Source: Promethearchaeia archaeon
Lineage (GTDB): Archaea; Asgardarchaeota; Lokiarchaeia; Sigyniarchaeales; SOKP01
Assembly: GCA_046483985.1 (NCBI GenBank)
Contig: JAWOCD010000031.1
Location: 44,571-108,570 of the forward strand
DNA length: 64,000 bases
Reading direction: 5' to 3'
This document shows positions 28,561 through 38,756 of this stretch, in pieces. The stretch's first letter is position 1; each line of letters starts with the position of its first letter. The position numbers and the translations under genes were made by a program. The notes under the pieces are model-generated. The model made no database searches, was not told where the DNA came from, and was given only the letters and a program-made list of their open reading frames with translations.

Positions 28561-29892
28561 TTATCGCTTCTTCCTCAATTGTTTCATTTGAATTAATTTT
28601 CTTATATTTTTCGTTCTACTCCCGTCTTCTTCACGGATGGCTCTTCCGGTGTAATGTAAAAAGACATCTTCCAATGTAGGTTGATGCATATGAATTGTTT
28701 TGATCTCTAACTTGGATGAATTAACATATTCCACCACTTTTGATAGTTGCTTACCTCCCTTATCGCAGGAAATTGAAATCTGAGGTTTTATACCATTTTC
28801 TTCGCTGTATTCTCCGTCTTGGATTTCTTTTATAACTATTTGAATATTTTCCGGAAGCTCTTTCAGTAATTCATTTTCAATCTGAGTTGCTAACCTTTTT
28901 TTCTTATCAAACGGGGCCTTTAAAAAGGCTTGGGCTGCCATAGGCTTACTTTTTACTGCTTGGACAAAGTTTTCCGGATTAGAAAGCATTTGGTTAATCT
29001 TTTCACGAATTATCTGAGGACTTACATTTGGCATCTTTTGCATTTTTGACTTGTCAAATGAGATTTGTTCTCGTTTTTCGTGTTGCGATCCACGGGAGAC
29101 ATTTTTCACTCCTTCAATGGAATTAATTCTTTTGATAAGGGAGGCAAGATCTGAAGGATCTTCAATTCCCTCAAACTCCAACTCAATCACATCACCAGAT
29201 AATTTATGTTTCAGATTCTCAGCTGTATCCATAGCAATTATTTTTCCATGATCCATGATACAGATTCGATCTGCTAATTCGTCAGCCTCTTCCATATAGT
29301 GAGTAGTAATAAGAATAGTCATCTGTGTCTCTCCTCTATTTAGTTCCTTTATTTTTTCCCATATCTTTCTACGTGTCTGAGGATCCAGACCCAAGGTAGG
29401 TTCATCCAAGAGTAAGACTGCGGGATTATGTAGAAGTCCTCTGGCAATTTCTAACCGTCGTTTCATCCCGCCCGAGTAGTTTTTTGCGTACATATCGGCA
29501 TATTTCGTCATGTCAACTAAGTCAAGAACCTCTTTGATTTTTTTTTCACGTTCTTCCTTTTTCTTCCCATATAATACCGCATGTAATTCCAAGTTTTCAT
29601 AGCCCGTTAAATCACCGTCTAAACTGGGTTCTTGAAATACCATTCCTATGCTTTTTCTTACTGCATCTGGATCTCCTTCGACATTATAAGAATTTACAAT
29701 CGCTTCTCCATTTGTAGGAAATAAGAGTGTGGCGAGCATAGAGATTGTTGTAGTTTTTCCAGCCCCGTTTGGTCCGAGAAGAGCAAATATTTCGCCTTTT
29801 TTAATTGAAAAATCAATCTCATCCACTGCCAGCACATCTCCATCTTCATAAACTTTTTGTAGCGAGTCCACTTCTATAATATTTTCACTCAT
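28561..29892 (-). CDS. ABC exporter ATP-binding protein (DrrA-like) with C-terminal insertion
   Basis: Walker A GPNGAGKT, signature YSGGMKRR, LLLDEPT, TLEDVFL. Confidence 0.92.
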   Translation of the reverse strand: MSENIIEVDSLQKVYEDGDVLAVDEIDFSIKKGEIFALLGPNGAGKTTTISMLATLLFPTNGEAIVNSYNVEGDPDAVRKSIGMVFQEPSLDGDLTGYENLELHAVLYGKKKEEREKKIKEVLDLVDMTKYADMYAKNYSGGMKRRLEIARGLLHNPAVLLLDEPTLGLDPQTRRKIWEKIKELNRGETQMTILITTHYMEEADELADRICIMDHGKIIAMDTAENLKHKLSGDVIELEFEGIEDPSDLASLIKRINSIEGVKNVSRGSQHEKREQISFDKSKMQKMPNVSPQIIREKINQMLSNPENFVQAVKSKPMAAQAFLKAPFDKKKRLATQIENELLKELPENIQIVIKEIQDGEYSEENGIKPQISISCDKGGKQLSKVVEYVNSSKLEIKTIHMHQPTLEDVFLHYTGRAIREEDGSRTKNIRKLIQMKQLRKKR

Positions 29893-29897
29893 CAGTA

Positions 29898-30452
29898 TTA
29901 TTCCTCTAAATCTTTAATTTTTTGTTCCATATTTTGAAGAAATATTTCTTGTTGTTTGATTCTCTTCTTTAATATCTTCTTCTGAATCTTTAGATGTTCA
30001 AGTTGTTCTTCTCTTGACATCTCTCTCCCGCGTAATACGATTTCCTCAACCGGCAAAAAGTTCTCAATGTCCAAATCAATAAAATCCTCATCTAAGTTAA
30101 AGGTAAAAACCACCATCGATTTTATTGCTTCACTTAATTTCTTCCGTTTTTTCAACAAGATTTTAAGAGTTTCTTCACCCTTAGGAGTTATATCATAGAT
30201 TTTTTTTCCCCGTTCATCTTGTTTTGTTTCCGTGAGCTCAATCAGCTCTTTTTCCTTCAAATTTTTTAGTACAGTATAAATTGTAGAAACAGCAGGACTC
30301 CATATGCCCATTGAATGTTCTTCAATATCTTGAATAATTTTATATCCATGGGAGGGGGCTTTTTCTAATAATAAAAGAGTATGCATACTAATAAACCCTC
30401 TCTTCATGCCCCGATTAAATTTATTTACGATATCCTCAACCAATATTATCAA
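29898..30452 (-). CDS. PadR family transcriptional regulator
   Basis: 'PSHGYKII...WSPAVSTIYTVLKNL...KIYDITPKG'. Confidence 0.88.
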   Translation of the reverse strand: MIILVEDIVNKFNRGMKRGFISMHTLLLLEKAPSHGYKIIQDIEEHSMGIWSPAVSTIYTVLKNLKEKELIELTETKQDERGKKIYDITPKGEETLKILLKKRKKLSEAIKSMVVFTFNLDEDFIDLDIENFLPVEEIVLRGREMSREEQLEHLKIQKKILKKRIKQQEIFLQNMEQKIKDLEE

Positions 30453-30466
30453 ACAAATTTCTTTAA

Positions 30467-30495
30467 ATCAATTATATTATATATTGATAATTGAT
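30467..30495. promoter_or_regulatory. Inverted repeat, candidate PadR operator
   Basis: atcaattat-N11-ataattgat directly upstream of the padR-ABC operon. Confidence 0.4.
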
Positions 30496-30609
30496 ATATC
30501 AGTTCTTGAAATATAAAATTTCTGATTATGGCAAATCCATCATAAATCTTTCTGTTAGCATATTTCAAGAGGAATAAGGTTAACAATAATTTTCTCTTTC
30601 ATTTTTTAT

Positions 30610-30860
30610 CAAAAAAGCAAAAGAAATGGGGACTTCTTTCGCAGATCGTTAAATGATTAAATATCTTAAGGGCATATTTTTAAATAGGTCAATATCTAAC
30701 TTATAATTAAACAATGCTTCGGACTTAATATTAATATAGTTCGTAATTATAAGAAGAAGCAGAACCTTAATTTACGGTTGGAGAACCAACCAATATTGTC
30801 TAATGTACTGATCACGCATTAGAGAATATAAATCTCACGCCCTTAGGCGTGAATAGTTCA
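30610..30860 (+). mobile_element. Non-autonomous IS200/IS605-type element (MITE/PATE-like), copy 1
   Basis: Homologous to 44501..44772; preceded by TTTAT; ends with hairpin CTCACGCCCTTAGGCGTGAATAGTTCA; no ORF. Confidence 0.75.
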
Positions 30861-30906
30861 AATATGTTTATTAATTATATTTCAAGTATTAAAATGAAGG
30901 TCTTCT

Positions 30907-32352
30907 ATGTCTAAACTTAAAAATTATTTGAAAGAACTGGAAATTTGGAAACAAGCGCTATGGGGGATAATTATTATTGGAGGGCCCGTTATTACCACCC
31001 TCCTTTTGATTTGGCTCTTTTCTTTACATGGAACTTTGGGTATTTTCCTCTGGCATCCTTTATTCTTTTCCATTATCGTTATACTGGGAATTTTTGCGGT
31101 TTTGGGATTTAGTTTTGCTTTACTCAATATTTTTCTTCCTAATCGAAGAGAATCAAAACTCTTTTCTATCCTTAGAAAATGTTCATGGATCTTTTGTATC
31201 ACTTGTTTAATTACTTCCGTTTCGTTTATAGGGTATGTGGGACCGAAACTTACCCATACCGCGGGGTCAACTGCGCCTCAGATTTTAATTTGTGATGGAG
31301 AAGGGGAGAATGGGATTCCTAAAATGGCGGTCACCTTTTGGACCGAAAGGCCCACCACGAATACACTCAAATGGGGAAACGAATCCTTATCAAAAACCAT
31401 AACGGAAGAAAAAGCGACCCATCAACATGCATTTATCTTGGATAAATTAAATCCCGACACAGAATATTGGTATCAAATAAATGAAGAAGGGGAAATTTAC
31501 AATTTTACTACCGCATCGGAAGACAATGACAAACTGAGACTTGCAATTACTTCTGACGCCCATTTTGGCCGGTCGGAGAGTAGACCCGGCATTACAAGGG
31601 ATATTTTAAAGGAAGTTACAGATCCGGGCAACTCTTTTGATAGTCTCTTTTTCTTGGGTGATCTTGTAGAATACGGATTCATGGATAGTCAGTGGAAGCA
31701 ATTTCTAGACTCTGTGTCCCCCTATACTACAAGAATACCCTTCAGAACTCTATGTGGTAATCATGATACGATATTTGGTGGTGTAAAATATTACAAAGAT
31801 TATTTATATCCAGAGAAAATGCCAACAGATACAGGATCTCGGCTATATTACCGAATCGATATAAATAATGTCCACATTTTTGCTTTGAATCTTGAATGGG
31901 GGCTTGAAACCTATACCGCAGAACAAAAAGAATGGCTTGAAAGCGAAATTGCAAAAGTTGAAGAAGATGATTGGACCATTGTAATGTCTCATAGTTTTTT
32001 CTATAGCTCAGGAAGTGTTTATGGATTTAAGTCATGGGCAGATCAACCTGATATGCTTGATGCCTTTGAGGATTTATTCATCGAAAATGATGTAGACCTC
32101 GTCTTTTCTGGCCATAATCACCATGTGGAAGTTTTAGAAAAGGAGGGAATTTATTATCAAATCGTGGGGGCTGCGGGGGCCGTCCCTGATCCCAAAGCAG
32201 ATACAATATCAGACGCAAGCGAATGGTACATGAATATCGAAACGGATTCAGAATTCGGATTCTTCGAAGTTGATATAGACGGAAACAATGCCACCCTAAA
32301 TTACCGGAATAAAAACTATGATTCCCTCTATAATATTACAATAGAGGAATAA
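30907..32352 (+). CDS. Membrane-anchored purple acid phosphatase-like metallophosphoesterase (FN3 + calcineurin-like)
   Basis: 3 N-terminal TMs; 'SDAH', 'GDLV', 'GNHD', 'SGHNH'. Confidence 0.85.
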   Translation: MSKLKNYLKELEIWKQALWGIIIIGGPVITTLLLIWLFSLHGTLGIFLWHPLFFSIIVILGIFAVLGFSFALLNIFLPNRRESKLFSILRKCSWIFCITCLITSVSFIGYVGPKLTHTAGSTAPQILICDGEGENGIPKMAVTFWTERPTTNTLKWGNESLSKTITEEKATHQHAFILDKLNPDTEYWYQINEEGEIYNFTTASEDNDKLRLAITSDAHFGRSESRPGITRDILKEVTDPGNSFDSLFFLGDLVEYGFMDSQWKQFLDSVSPYTTRIPFRTLCGNHDTIFGGVKYYKDYLYPEKMPTDTGSRLYYRIDINNVHIFALNLEWGLETYTAEQKEWLESEIAKVEEDDWTIVMSHSFFYSSGSVYGFKSWADQPDMLDAFEDLFIENDVDLVFSGHNHHVEVLEKEGIYYQIVGAAGAVPDPKADTISDASEWYMNIETDSEFGFFEVDIDGNNATLNYRNKNYDSLYNITIEE

Positions 32353-32556
32353 TGCGATAAAAGGAATAATATATATTTTTTCTATATTTTTTTAAACTAA
32401 AGGATAATAATTCCTAAAGAGAAAAAGAGAGTAAAAAAATGAAAGAATTAGATTTTGTTTAAAATTTTTATTCTTTTTTTAGATACACAGCTCAAATAGA
32501 TGATCCTAATGGAAATAAATATAAGATTCTCTAAAAATCCTATTCTTTATTTTTAT

Positions 32557-32692
32557 ATTTAGATATACTTTTTTCTTGAATTTAGATATACTTTTTTCTT
32601 GAATTTAGATATACTTTTTTCTTGAATTTAGATATACTTTTTTCTTGAATTTAGATATACTTTTTTCTTGAATTTAGATATACTTTTTTCTT
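32557..32692 (+). repeat. Perfect tandem repeat, 23-bp unit x ~5.9
   Basis: Unit atttagatatacttttttcttga, no spacers; ends 21 bp upstream of the ATG at 32714. Confidence 0.95.
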
Positions 32693-32713
32693 TATCAGTA
32701 TCTTATTATAATT

Positions 32714-33913
32714 ATGTCTCAATCTGAAATAAAAAGATCAGACACAAAAAAACCTACAAGTAAATCTCTCGTAAAACAGGCGATAATTAAATTACTGCTT
32801 ATTGTGTTAGTTTTAAGTCCTATACTGATGTTTTTCATTCTCTCGCCCTTGTTCTATTTATATGATCCTAATGAGCATGGTCCATGGGTTTCATGGTCTG
32901 GAAATCCGGATGAACAGGTGTATATTTCTTGGGAAACAGAGGAGAAAACCTCGGGAATTCTCAAATATGGTATCGATGAAGGCGATCTCAACCAAAGTGT
33001 GACTGAATCAGAGAAGACAAACATCCATCATGTCAATTTAACTGGCTTATCAGCGGATACTACGTATTACTATGAGGTGGAAATTGATGGGAAAGTATTT
33101 GGAAAAGGAAAATTTAGAACAGCCCCATCCAGCCAAAAGGATTTTACTTTTGGATTATATTCTGATACGCAGCAAAACTTCGGACCAGGGCATCATTTTC
33201 GAGTGGGAAACGCGTTAAAAGATAAGAAGTATGCTTTTATTGTGAATGTAGGAGATATCGTCCAAGATGGTGGGAAAAAAGAACATTATAATAATTTTTT
33301 CAAAATAGGCTCTGAATATTTGGATACTATTCCCTTTATTCCTGTAATTGGTAACCATGACCAACGAAACGTTACGCTATTTACCGAATACTTTATCAAT
33401 CAAGTCAACAAATCGCAATATCACTTTTATTACAGTTTTAATTGGAGTAATGTGCATTTCTGCTTCCCTCATTTTGCCTATGGAAGTGAATCCGAAATGA
33501 CGGATGCGCAATTAAACTGGCTAAAAAAAGACCTATCACGGTCCCAAGATAAAGCATTTCGCATTGTGATGTTTCATTGTCCCATTAAAGGAGCCTCCTT
33601 TTTCGGCCCCAATGAAGTGTTAATCGAAAAAGTACAACCAATATTGCTCGAATATAATGTTACCGCTACGGTCCATGGCCACGAACATCATTTCGAACGC
33701 GGAAATATTAAGGGTATGACATATTTTATTTCTGGCGGCGGGGGCGGAGCACTGGATGTAGGGCTTCGCCCACTACCAGAAACAGAGGTCTTAACAGAAT
33801 CTCCTAATTTCACGGAGGTTCACGTAACCGAAAATGAAATAAATTTCAAGACCATGACGCTCGAGGGTTCAGTTATTGATGACTTTACTATCCAGGCAGA
33901 GGAGGGGGTATAA
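32714..33913 (+). CDS. Purple acid phosphatase-like metallophosphoesterase (FN3 + calcineurin-like), signal anchor
   Basis: 'SDTQ', 'GDIV', 'GNHD', 'FHCP', 'HGHEHHFER'. Confidence 0.85.
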   Translation: MSQSEIKRSDTKKPTSKSLVKQAIIKLLLIVLVLSPILMFFILSPLFYLYDPNEHGPWVSWSGNPDEQVYISWETEEKTSGILKYGIDEGDLNQSVTESEKTNIHHVNLTGLSADTTYYYEVEIDGKVFGKGKFRTAPSSQKDFTFGLYSDTQQNFGPGHHFRVGNALKDKKYAFIVNVGDIVQDGGKKEHYNNFFKIGSEYLDTIPFIPVIGNHDQRNVTLFTEYFINQVNKSQYHFYYSFNWSNVHFCFPHFAYGSESEMTDAQLNWLKKDLSRSQDKAFRIVMFHCPIKGASFFGPNEVLIEKVQPILLEYNVTATVHGHEHHFERGNIKGMTYFISGGGGGALDVGLRPLPETEVLTESPNFTEVHVTENEINFKTMTLEGSVIDDFTIQAEEGV

Positions 33914-33916
33914 AGA

Positions 33917-34570
33917 ATGATCGAAACCTTTACATTTGCCCCATACCTTATGCTGTATTTTGCCGCCATTATTCAAACCTTCGTCATGATCTCCTTCATT
34001 GTGGCACCACAGAATTATAAAGCACAAAATAAATTCGTTAGGATCGTGCACAGCTTCTTTATGCATTTTGGTTTTACATTCATGTTTTTGTTCGGAGTCG
34101 TCTTTCTTGATACTGCTCTTGCATGGTTATTCGGGCAATGGATGTATGCGGACTGGAGATATCAGCTTCCCGCGGTCTTGTTTATCCTATTCTTGGGAAT
34201 TCAATATGTGATCGGAAGCATGTTTATTAATCCTCGAATTAGCACCCTCATCTACTCAATTTGTGCGATACTCGTTATTCTGCTCGGAATTCACATCTAT
34301 ATTCCCTCAATGGACTTGTGGACGAGCGTGGTCAACTTCTTGAGAATCTTGATTCTTCTGCAGATTATCTATCTCCTTATATGGGGAATTAACACCTATT
34401 TGGACTCAAGGGAAAGATTATCATGGAAAGAAAAGAATAAAAAATTATGGGATATTTCCCCTAAATTTCACGAGATATTTTCAAGGGGATTGAATATTAT
34501 CATCTGGATTATTATGATGGTCGAAGTGTGGCTCAAGCTATTCGGGAGCTCTCTCTTTATCTGGTTTTAA
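33917..34570 (+). CDS. Hypothetical membrane protein (~6 TM)
   Basis: Hydrophobic 217 aa ORF, 3 bp downstream of the phosphatase. Confidence 0.7.
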   Translation: MIETFTFAPYLMLYFAAIIQTFVMISFIVAPQNYKAQNKFVRIVHSFFMHFGFTFMFLFGVVFLDTALAWLFGQWMYADWRYQLPAVLFILFLGIQYVIGSMFINPRISTLIYSICAILVILLGIHIYIPSMDLWTSVVNFLRILILLQIIYLLIWGINTYLDSRERLSWKEKNKKLWDISPKFHEIFSRGLNIIIWIIMMVEVWLKLFGSSLFIWF

Positions 34571-35198
34571 GATCCTACATTAAATCTTTCTTATTTCACA
34601 AATTAAATCTTTAAGGAAAATCAAGCTAAAAGAAGAGTGGTCAATGTGTCGCCTACTTTTTTTATGTTCACTAATTATTTTTTGGGTAATTAATGATATT
34701 AGGCTAATTTTTTACGTTAGTATTTTTTCAGCGATCCATTGACCAATATATATTATATCAAAGCCGGCGTGTTCGTGAAAATCAGAAAATCAGCAAATCT
34801 TTACTGAACTTTATGGAAATGGATTATCCATAATTAAGATTTATTAATAAATTCCTTTCAACCAATATTCTAAACTATCATCAGAGTTCCAGAATTCTTA
34901 TAATTAAAATCTGGAGTGAATTTAAAAATCATTTTCTAAAAATTCTAAAATTATTAGAATTAGAAGAAACGCATTAAAATAATCTATCTTCTCTGAACAA
35001 ATCCAAACACAATATTTACGAATATCATTAATTTGTGCAAAACTAACTAATAATATTCGTATTAATTAGAAATTCTTTTTAAGTAAACTAGGGTTAAATT
35101 TTATAAATAGTTATTTGATTAAAAACAAATTTCGCTTAATCAAACAAACAGACTATTAATTAAATCATTTTATTAAAAAAGGATAAGAAGGTATTCTT

Positions 35199-35984
35199 AT
35201 GAAAAGCGATCAAGAGTTGATCAAGAAGTTACGGTCAAACACTTTGAAATGCGTCATTTTCGATTTTGATGGGACGGTATACGATATTAAAGAACCCCTA
35301 GAAGATGCCGTAAAAGAGGTAATAGAATCTTATAACATTCAAGCCGACGAAGAGTTATTGCTGCAGGAAATCGCGGCTATTATTGAGTCAATACAAGCGC
35401 ATCCCATTCCAAAAATCATTCTTCAATCGTATGACATCTTTAATCAGGTAACAGCGCTGAGCGACATTAGATTTTTAAAAAAACTGAAAATAGCGGCAAA
35501 AATGTTCACAAAATATCAAGCAAATGCAAAAGAATCCTCAGTTTTCGCAAGTGTCGAACCAGTGGTGCAACATTTCAAAAAAGCGGCTGAAATAATTATC
35601 GTGTCTCATAACCAAACGGCACACATTGAAGATCACTTAGAAAAGGCACGGTTAACTTCGTATTTTGATAAAATTTACGGTGCAGATAAACTTGAAGCAT
35701 TAAAACCTGATCCCAGAGTTTTTGACTTTTTCCTCGAGAAAGAGGAAGGATATAGTCCGAAGGATATTGTGGTTATCGGGGATATGCCTACAGATATACA
35801 AGCTGGAAATGAAGCAGGCTTCTGGACAATCGCAGTTCAGAGCGGAATTACAAGTCGCGACATGTTAGCGAATTACGGACCGGATTTATTGCTAAATAAT
35901 CTTGGTGAACTCTTAGCAATATTAAAGAATGAAGACCAATTACCTTCAAAATCCAAAATCAATAAAGCAAAAGTAAAGATGTGA
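35199..35984 (+). CDS. HAD-superfamily phosphatase (Gph-like)
   Basis: 'IFDFDGT', 'SHN', 'KPDP', 'IGDMPTDIQAG'. Confidence 0.88.
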   Translation: MKSDQELIKKLRSNTLKCVIFDFDGTVYDIKEPLEDAVKEVIESYNIQADEELLLQEIAAIIESIQAHPIPKIILQSYDIFNQVTALSDIRFLKKLKIAAKMFTKYQANAKESSVFASVEPVVQHFKKAAEIIIVSHNQTAHIEDHLEKARLTSYFDKIYGADKLEALKPDPRVFDFFLEKEEGYSPKDIVVIGDMPTDIQAGNEAGFWTIAVQSGITSRDMLANYGPDLLLNNLGELLAILKNEDQLPSKSKINKAKVKM

Positions 35985-35994
35985 GGTTTTAATT

Positions 35995-37671
35995 ATGGTT
36001 ATTACTGAATTAGAAACTAAAGATGTTGTAAAAGAAAAAGATAGAAAAGAACAACCAGAAAGAGAAGAATTAGAACAAAAGGAGCCAGACTTTAGGAAAA
36101 CTCATACCAAATTATTGTATAAGTTATTTAAGTATAATTTATTTGATATATCGAATGATATTTTACGAAAGATTCTTGATCAATTTAATCTTTTAGATAA
36201 ATTCGGAGAATTACAATGGTGGGCGGCGTACATTTGGGTACGTGAAGCGATGAGAAGATTATGGAATTTTAATTATGATCGGGTCGATGGCAATCTTTTC
36301 CCCGAATATGGGGGTGGAATCTTAGTCTCCAACCATCAATCGCACCTAGATCCGTTTTTCGTGGCGGGGGCTACCACTCGTAGGATTCATTGGATGAGCA
36401 AGGACGAAAATTTTAAAACCCCAATTATGCGTAGCTTGTTCACCAATCTCAGCGCATTTGAAGTCAAACGGGAAGCTAAGAATAAAGAAGCATGGAACAA
36501 AGCAATAAGTATTTTGGAAAATGATAACTGGGTTGGAATCTTTCCAGAGGGGACACGTTCAAAAGATGGCTCGATAGGAGAATTCAAAACCGGTGCCGTA
36601 CGAATGGCCATCGAAACGGGACAACCGATAGTTCCCGCCGCTGTCATCGGCTCAAGAAACGCTTTACCTAAGGGAAAATTAGTTATGAAGCCCGTACAAG
36701 TGAAGGTTCGGGTTGCGGAACCCCTCTATTACGACGAATACGACATAGACACAGTCTCTTACAAGAAAGTCCGAGAATTGACTGAGGAACTCCGGGAGAT
36801 TGTAATTGGCCTCAAGAATGGAACCTATAATAAGGACAGCGATTACCATGTGGAGGACCTTTCGATTGGAGCTCCGGATACAGCCGAAGAAAGCATTAAA
36901 AAATTCAATCTCATGGACCGAATCAAGTCCTTGGGAAAGGATACATTACAATTAATAGATGATATCTGGTATTCAATTCTCCGTGGTGCCGAAGTTTTCG
37001 ATTTGAAGGAACATTTTCAAGAAGCCATTTATCACTTTTCTGGGAATGTCGTAAATGGCATGTGCGATTTAATGCTACCATACCGGACCATCGATTATGA
37101 TGAACATATTCCCGAAGAAGGAGGGGCTATAATCTGCTCCAACCATAACTCCGAATGGGATGTTATCATACTCGCCACCACCTTCCAACAGCGAGGGGAA
37201 GTCGTCTATCAGATGGCAAAGGAATCTCTTTTTAAGATACCGATAGTGAACGGATGGGTGCGAACATGTCATGCATTTCCATTACGCAGAGACGCACATG
37301 ATGAGGGTTCTTATAATTATGCGAGAGAACTCTTGGAAAATGGAAAAAGAGTTATAGTATATCCTGAAGGGACCACCAATCCCGGAAACGGACAATTCTT
37401 GGAAGGTCACACCGGTGCAATTCGATTAGCAATTGAAGCAAAAGTTCCCATCATCTTGGTTGGAATAACCGGCACAGAGGATATATTTCCAAAACATGCA
37501 AAAATGTTAAATTTCGGACAAGGATGCATCCTTAAGGCGGGAGAATTGTTTCGAGAACATGAACAGTATTTTGATAAGCCCATGCCAGATTATAAGGAAC
37601 TAAAACGAATGACGGATAACATGATGGCACGTATTGAGGATTTAACATTTTATGACGATCCAAATGCATAA
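35995..37671 (+). CDS. plsC: Tandem two-domain lysophospholipid acyltransferase (PlsC x2)
   Basis: Domain 1 'SNHQSHLDP...FEVKR...IFPEGTRS...IVPAAV'; domain 2 'SNHNSEWD...FPLRR...VYPEGTT...IILVGI'. Confidence 0.88.
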   Translation: MVITELETKDVVKEKDRKEQPEREELEQKEPDFRKTHTKLLYKLFKYNLFDISNDILRKILDQFNLLDKFGELQWWAAYIWVREAMRRLWNFNYDRVDGNLFPEYGGGILVSNHQSHLDPFFVAGATTRRIHWMSKDENFKTPIMRSLFTNLSAFEVKREAKNKEAWNKAISILENDNWVGIFPEGTRSKDGSIGEFKTGAVRMAIETGQPIVPAAVIGSRNALPKGKLVMKPVQVKVRVAEPLYYDEYDIDTVSYKKVRELTEELREIVIGLKNGTYNKDSDYHVEDLSIGAPDTAEESIKKFNLMDRIKSLGKDTLQLIDDIWYSILRGAEVFDLKEHFQEAIYHFSGNVVNGMCDLMLPYRTIDYDEHIPEEGGAIICSNHNSEWDVIILATTFQQRGEVVYQMAKESLFKIPIVNGWVRTCHAFPLRRDAHDEGSYNYARELLENGKRVIVYPEGTTNPGNGQFLEGHTGAIRLAIEAKVPIILVGITGTEDIFPKHAKMLNFGQGCILKAGELFREHEQYFDKPMPDYKELKRMTDNMMARIEDLTFYDDPNA

Positions 37672-38753
37672 TGTTCGAGGGAATCAGTATGAGTTCTGAA
37701 GAATATAAAATTAAGGTCGGCATCCCCCGAGCATTTCATTATTATCGATATTTTCCTTTTTGGAAGAAGTTATTTGATGAGTTTGGGGTAGAAATTATTT
37801 TGAGCCCCGGGACCAACAAAAAAATCGTCCAAGAGGGGGTTTCCTATGCATTGGGGGATCTTTGTTTGCCTTTGAAGGTATATTACGGACATGTGTTGAA
37901 ATTAATTGAAAAACATCCAGAATTAGATTATTTATTTGTTCCGCGTTATGTTTCGGAGGTGCCTGATTCTTATTTCTGCCCGAAGTTCCTTTCTTTACCA
38001 GATGTAATCAAAATTGTGCCTAATGTGCCTCCAATTTTGCATTTCGAGGTTAATGTGAAAAAGAAACCCATTTCTATGTCGGTAATAGATATGGCAAAAG
38101 AATTAGGGATAGGGCAGAGAAAGGCATTGGACGCATATTATAAGGCAGATGAGTATTTTAATAAATACGTATCTTTTTTGAGGAGCGGAGCGCCCGTAAA
38201 TTATGCACTACGTCTGGTAAAAAACAATAAAGCTTTTAAGCTCCCAAAGAAAAAACAAAAATCTGGTGAAATCAAACTACTTCTTTTAGGACATGAATAT
38301 AATATTTTTGATACCTATGTAAATTTAGATTTTCAAGAAAAATTGCGGGAAGAAAACGTTGAGGTAATTACTAAGGAAAATTTGCCCCAAAAAGTATTTC
38401 AAACCCCAGTAGTTGTAAACAAAAAGCTAAAAAACTATTGGAGGCACGAAGAAGAAATCATGCAAGCGATCCGATATTTTCTTACTAAAGGTCGCGACGA
38501 AATTGATGGCGTCATCTTTTTAATTAGTTTTGCATGTGGCCCCGATAGTATTATTTCCGAATTAATTATGCGGGATATGAAAGTTGTAAGACTTCCGTTT
38601 CTCCAGATTATAATGGACGAACATACTGGAGAAGCAGGGTTACTTACTCGTGTTCAATCATTTACAGATATGATAAAACGAAAAAAGAAGAAATTAAAAA
38701 TGCGAGAAAAAGAACAGCAAACTACGAGTTCTCAAAAAGCGGAGGTAATATAA
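37671..38753 (+). CDS. DUF2229 / acyl-CoA dehydratase-activase-associated Fe-S protein (PlsA/Ger reductase-type domain)
   Basis: 'KVGIPRA...FPFWKKLF...CLPLKVYYGHV...FCPKF', 'SFACGPD', 'DEHTGEAGLLTRV'. Confidence 0.8.
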   Translation: MFEGISMSSEEYKIKVGIPRAFHYYRYFPFWKKLFDEFGVEIILSPGTNKKIVQEGVSYALGDLCLPLKVYYGHVLKLIEKHPELDYLFVPRYVSEVPDSYFCPKFLSLPDVIKIVPNVPPILHFEVNVKKKPISMSVIDMAKELGIGQRKALDAYYKADEYFNKYVSFLRSGAPVNYALRLVKNNKAFKLPKKKQKSGEIKLLLLGHEYNIFDTYVNLDFQEKLREENVEVITKENLPQKVFQTPVVVNKKLKNYWRHEEEIMQAIRYFLTKGRDEIDGVIFLISFACGPDSIISELIMRDMKVVRLPFLQIIMDEHTGEAGLLTRVQSFTDMIKRKKKKLKMREKEQQTTSSQKAEVI

Positions 38754-38756
38754 CAG

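Noticed and set aside
32557-32692. Possible CRISPR array
   Set aside because: Units are contiguous with no spacers, and there are no cas genes in the window.
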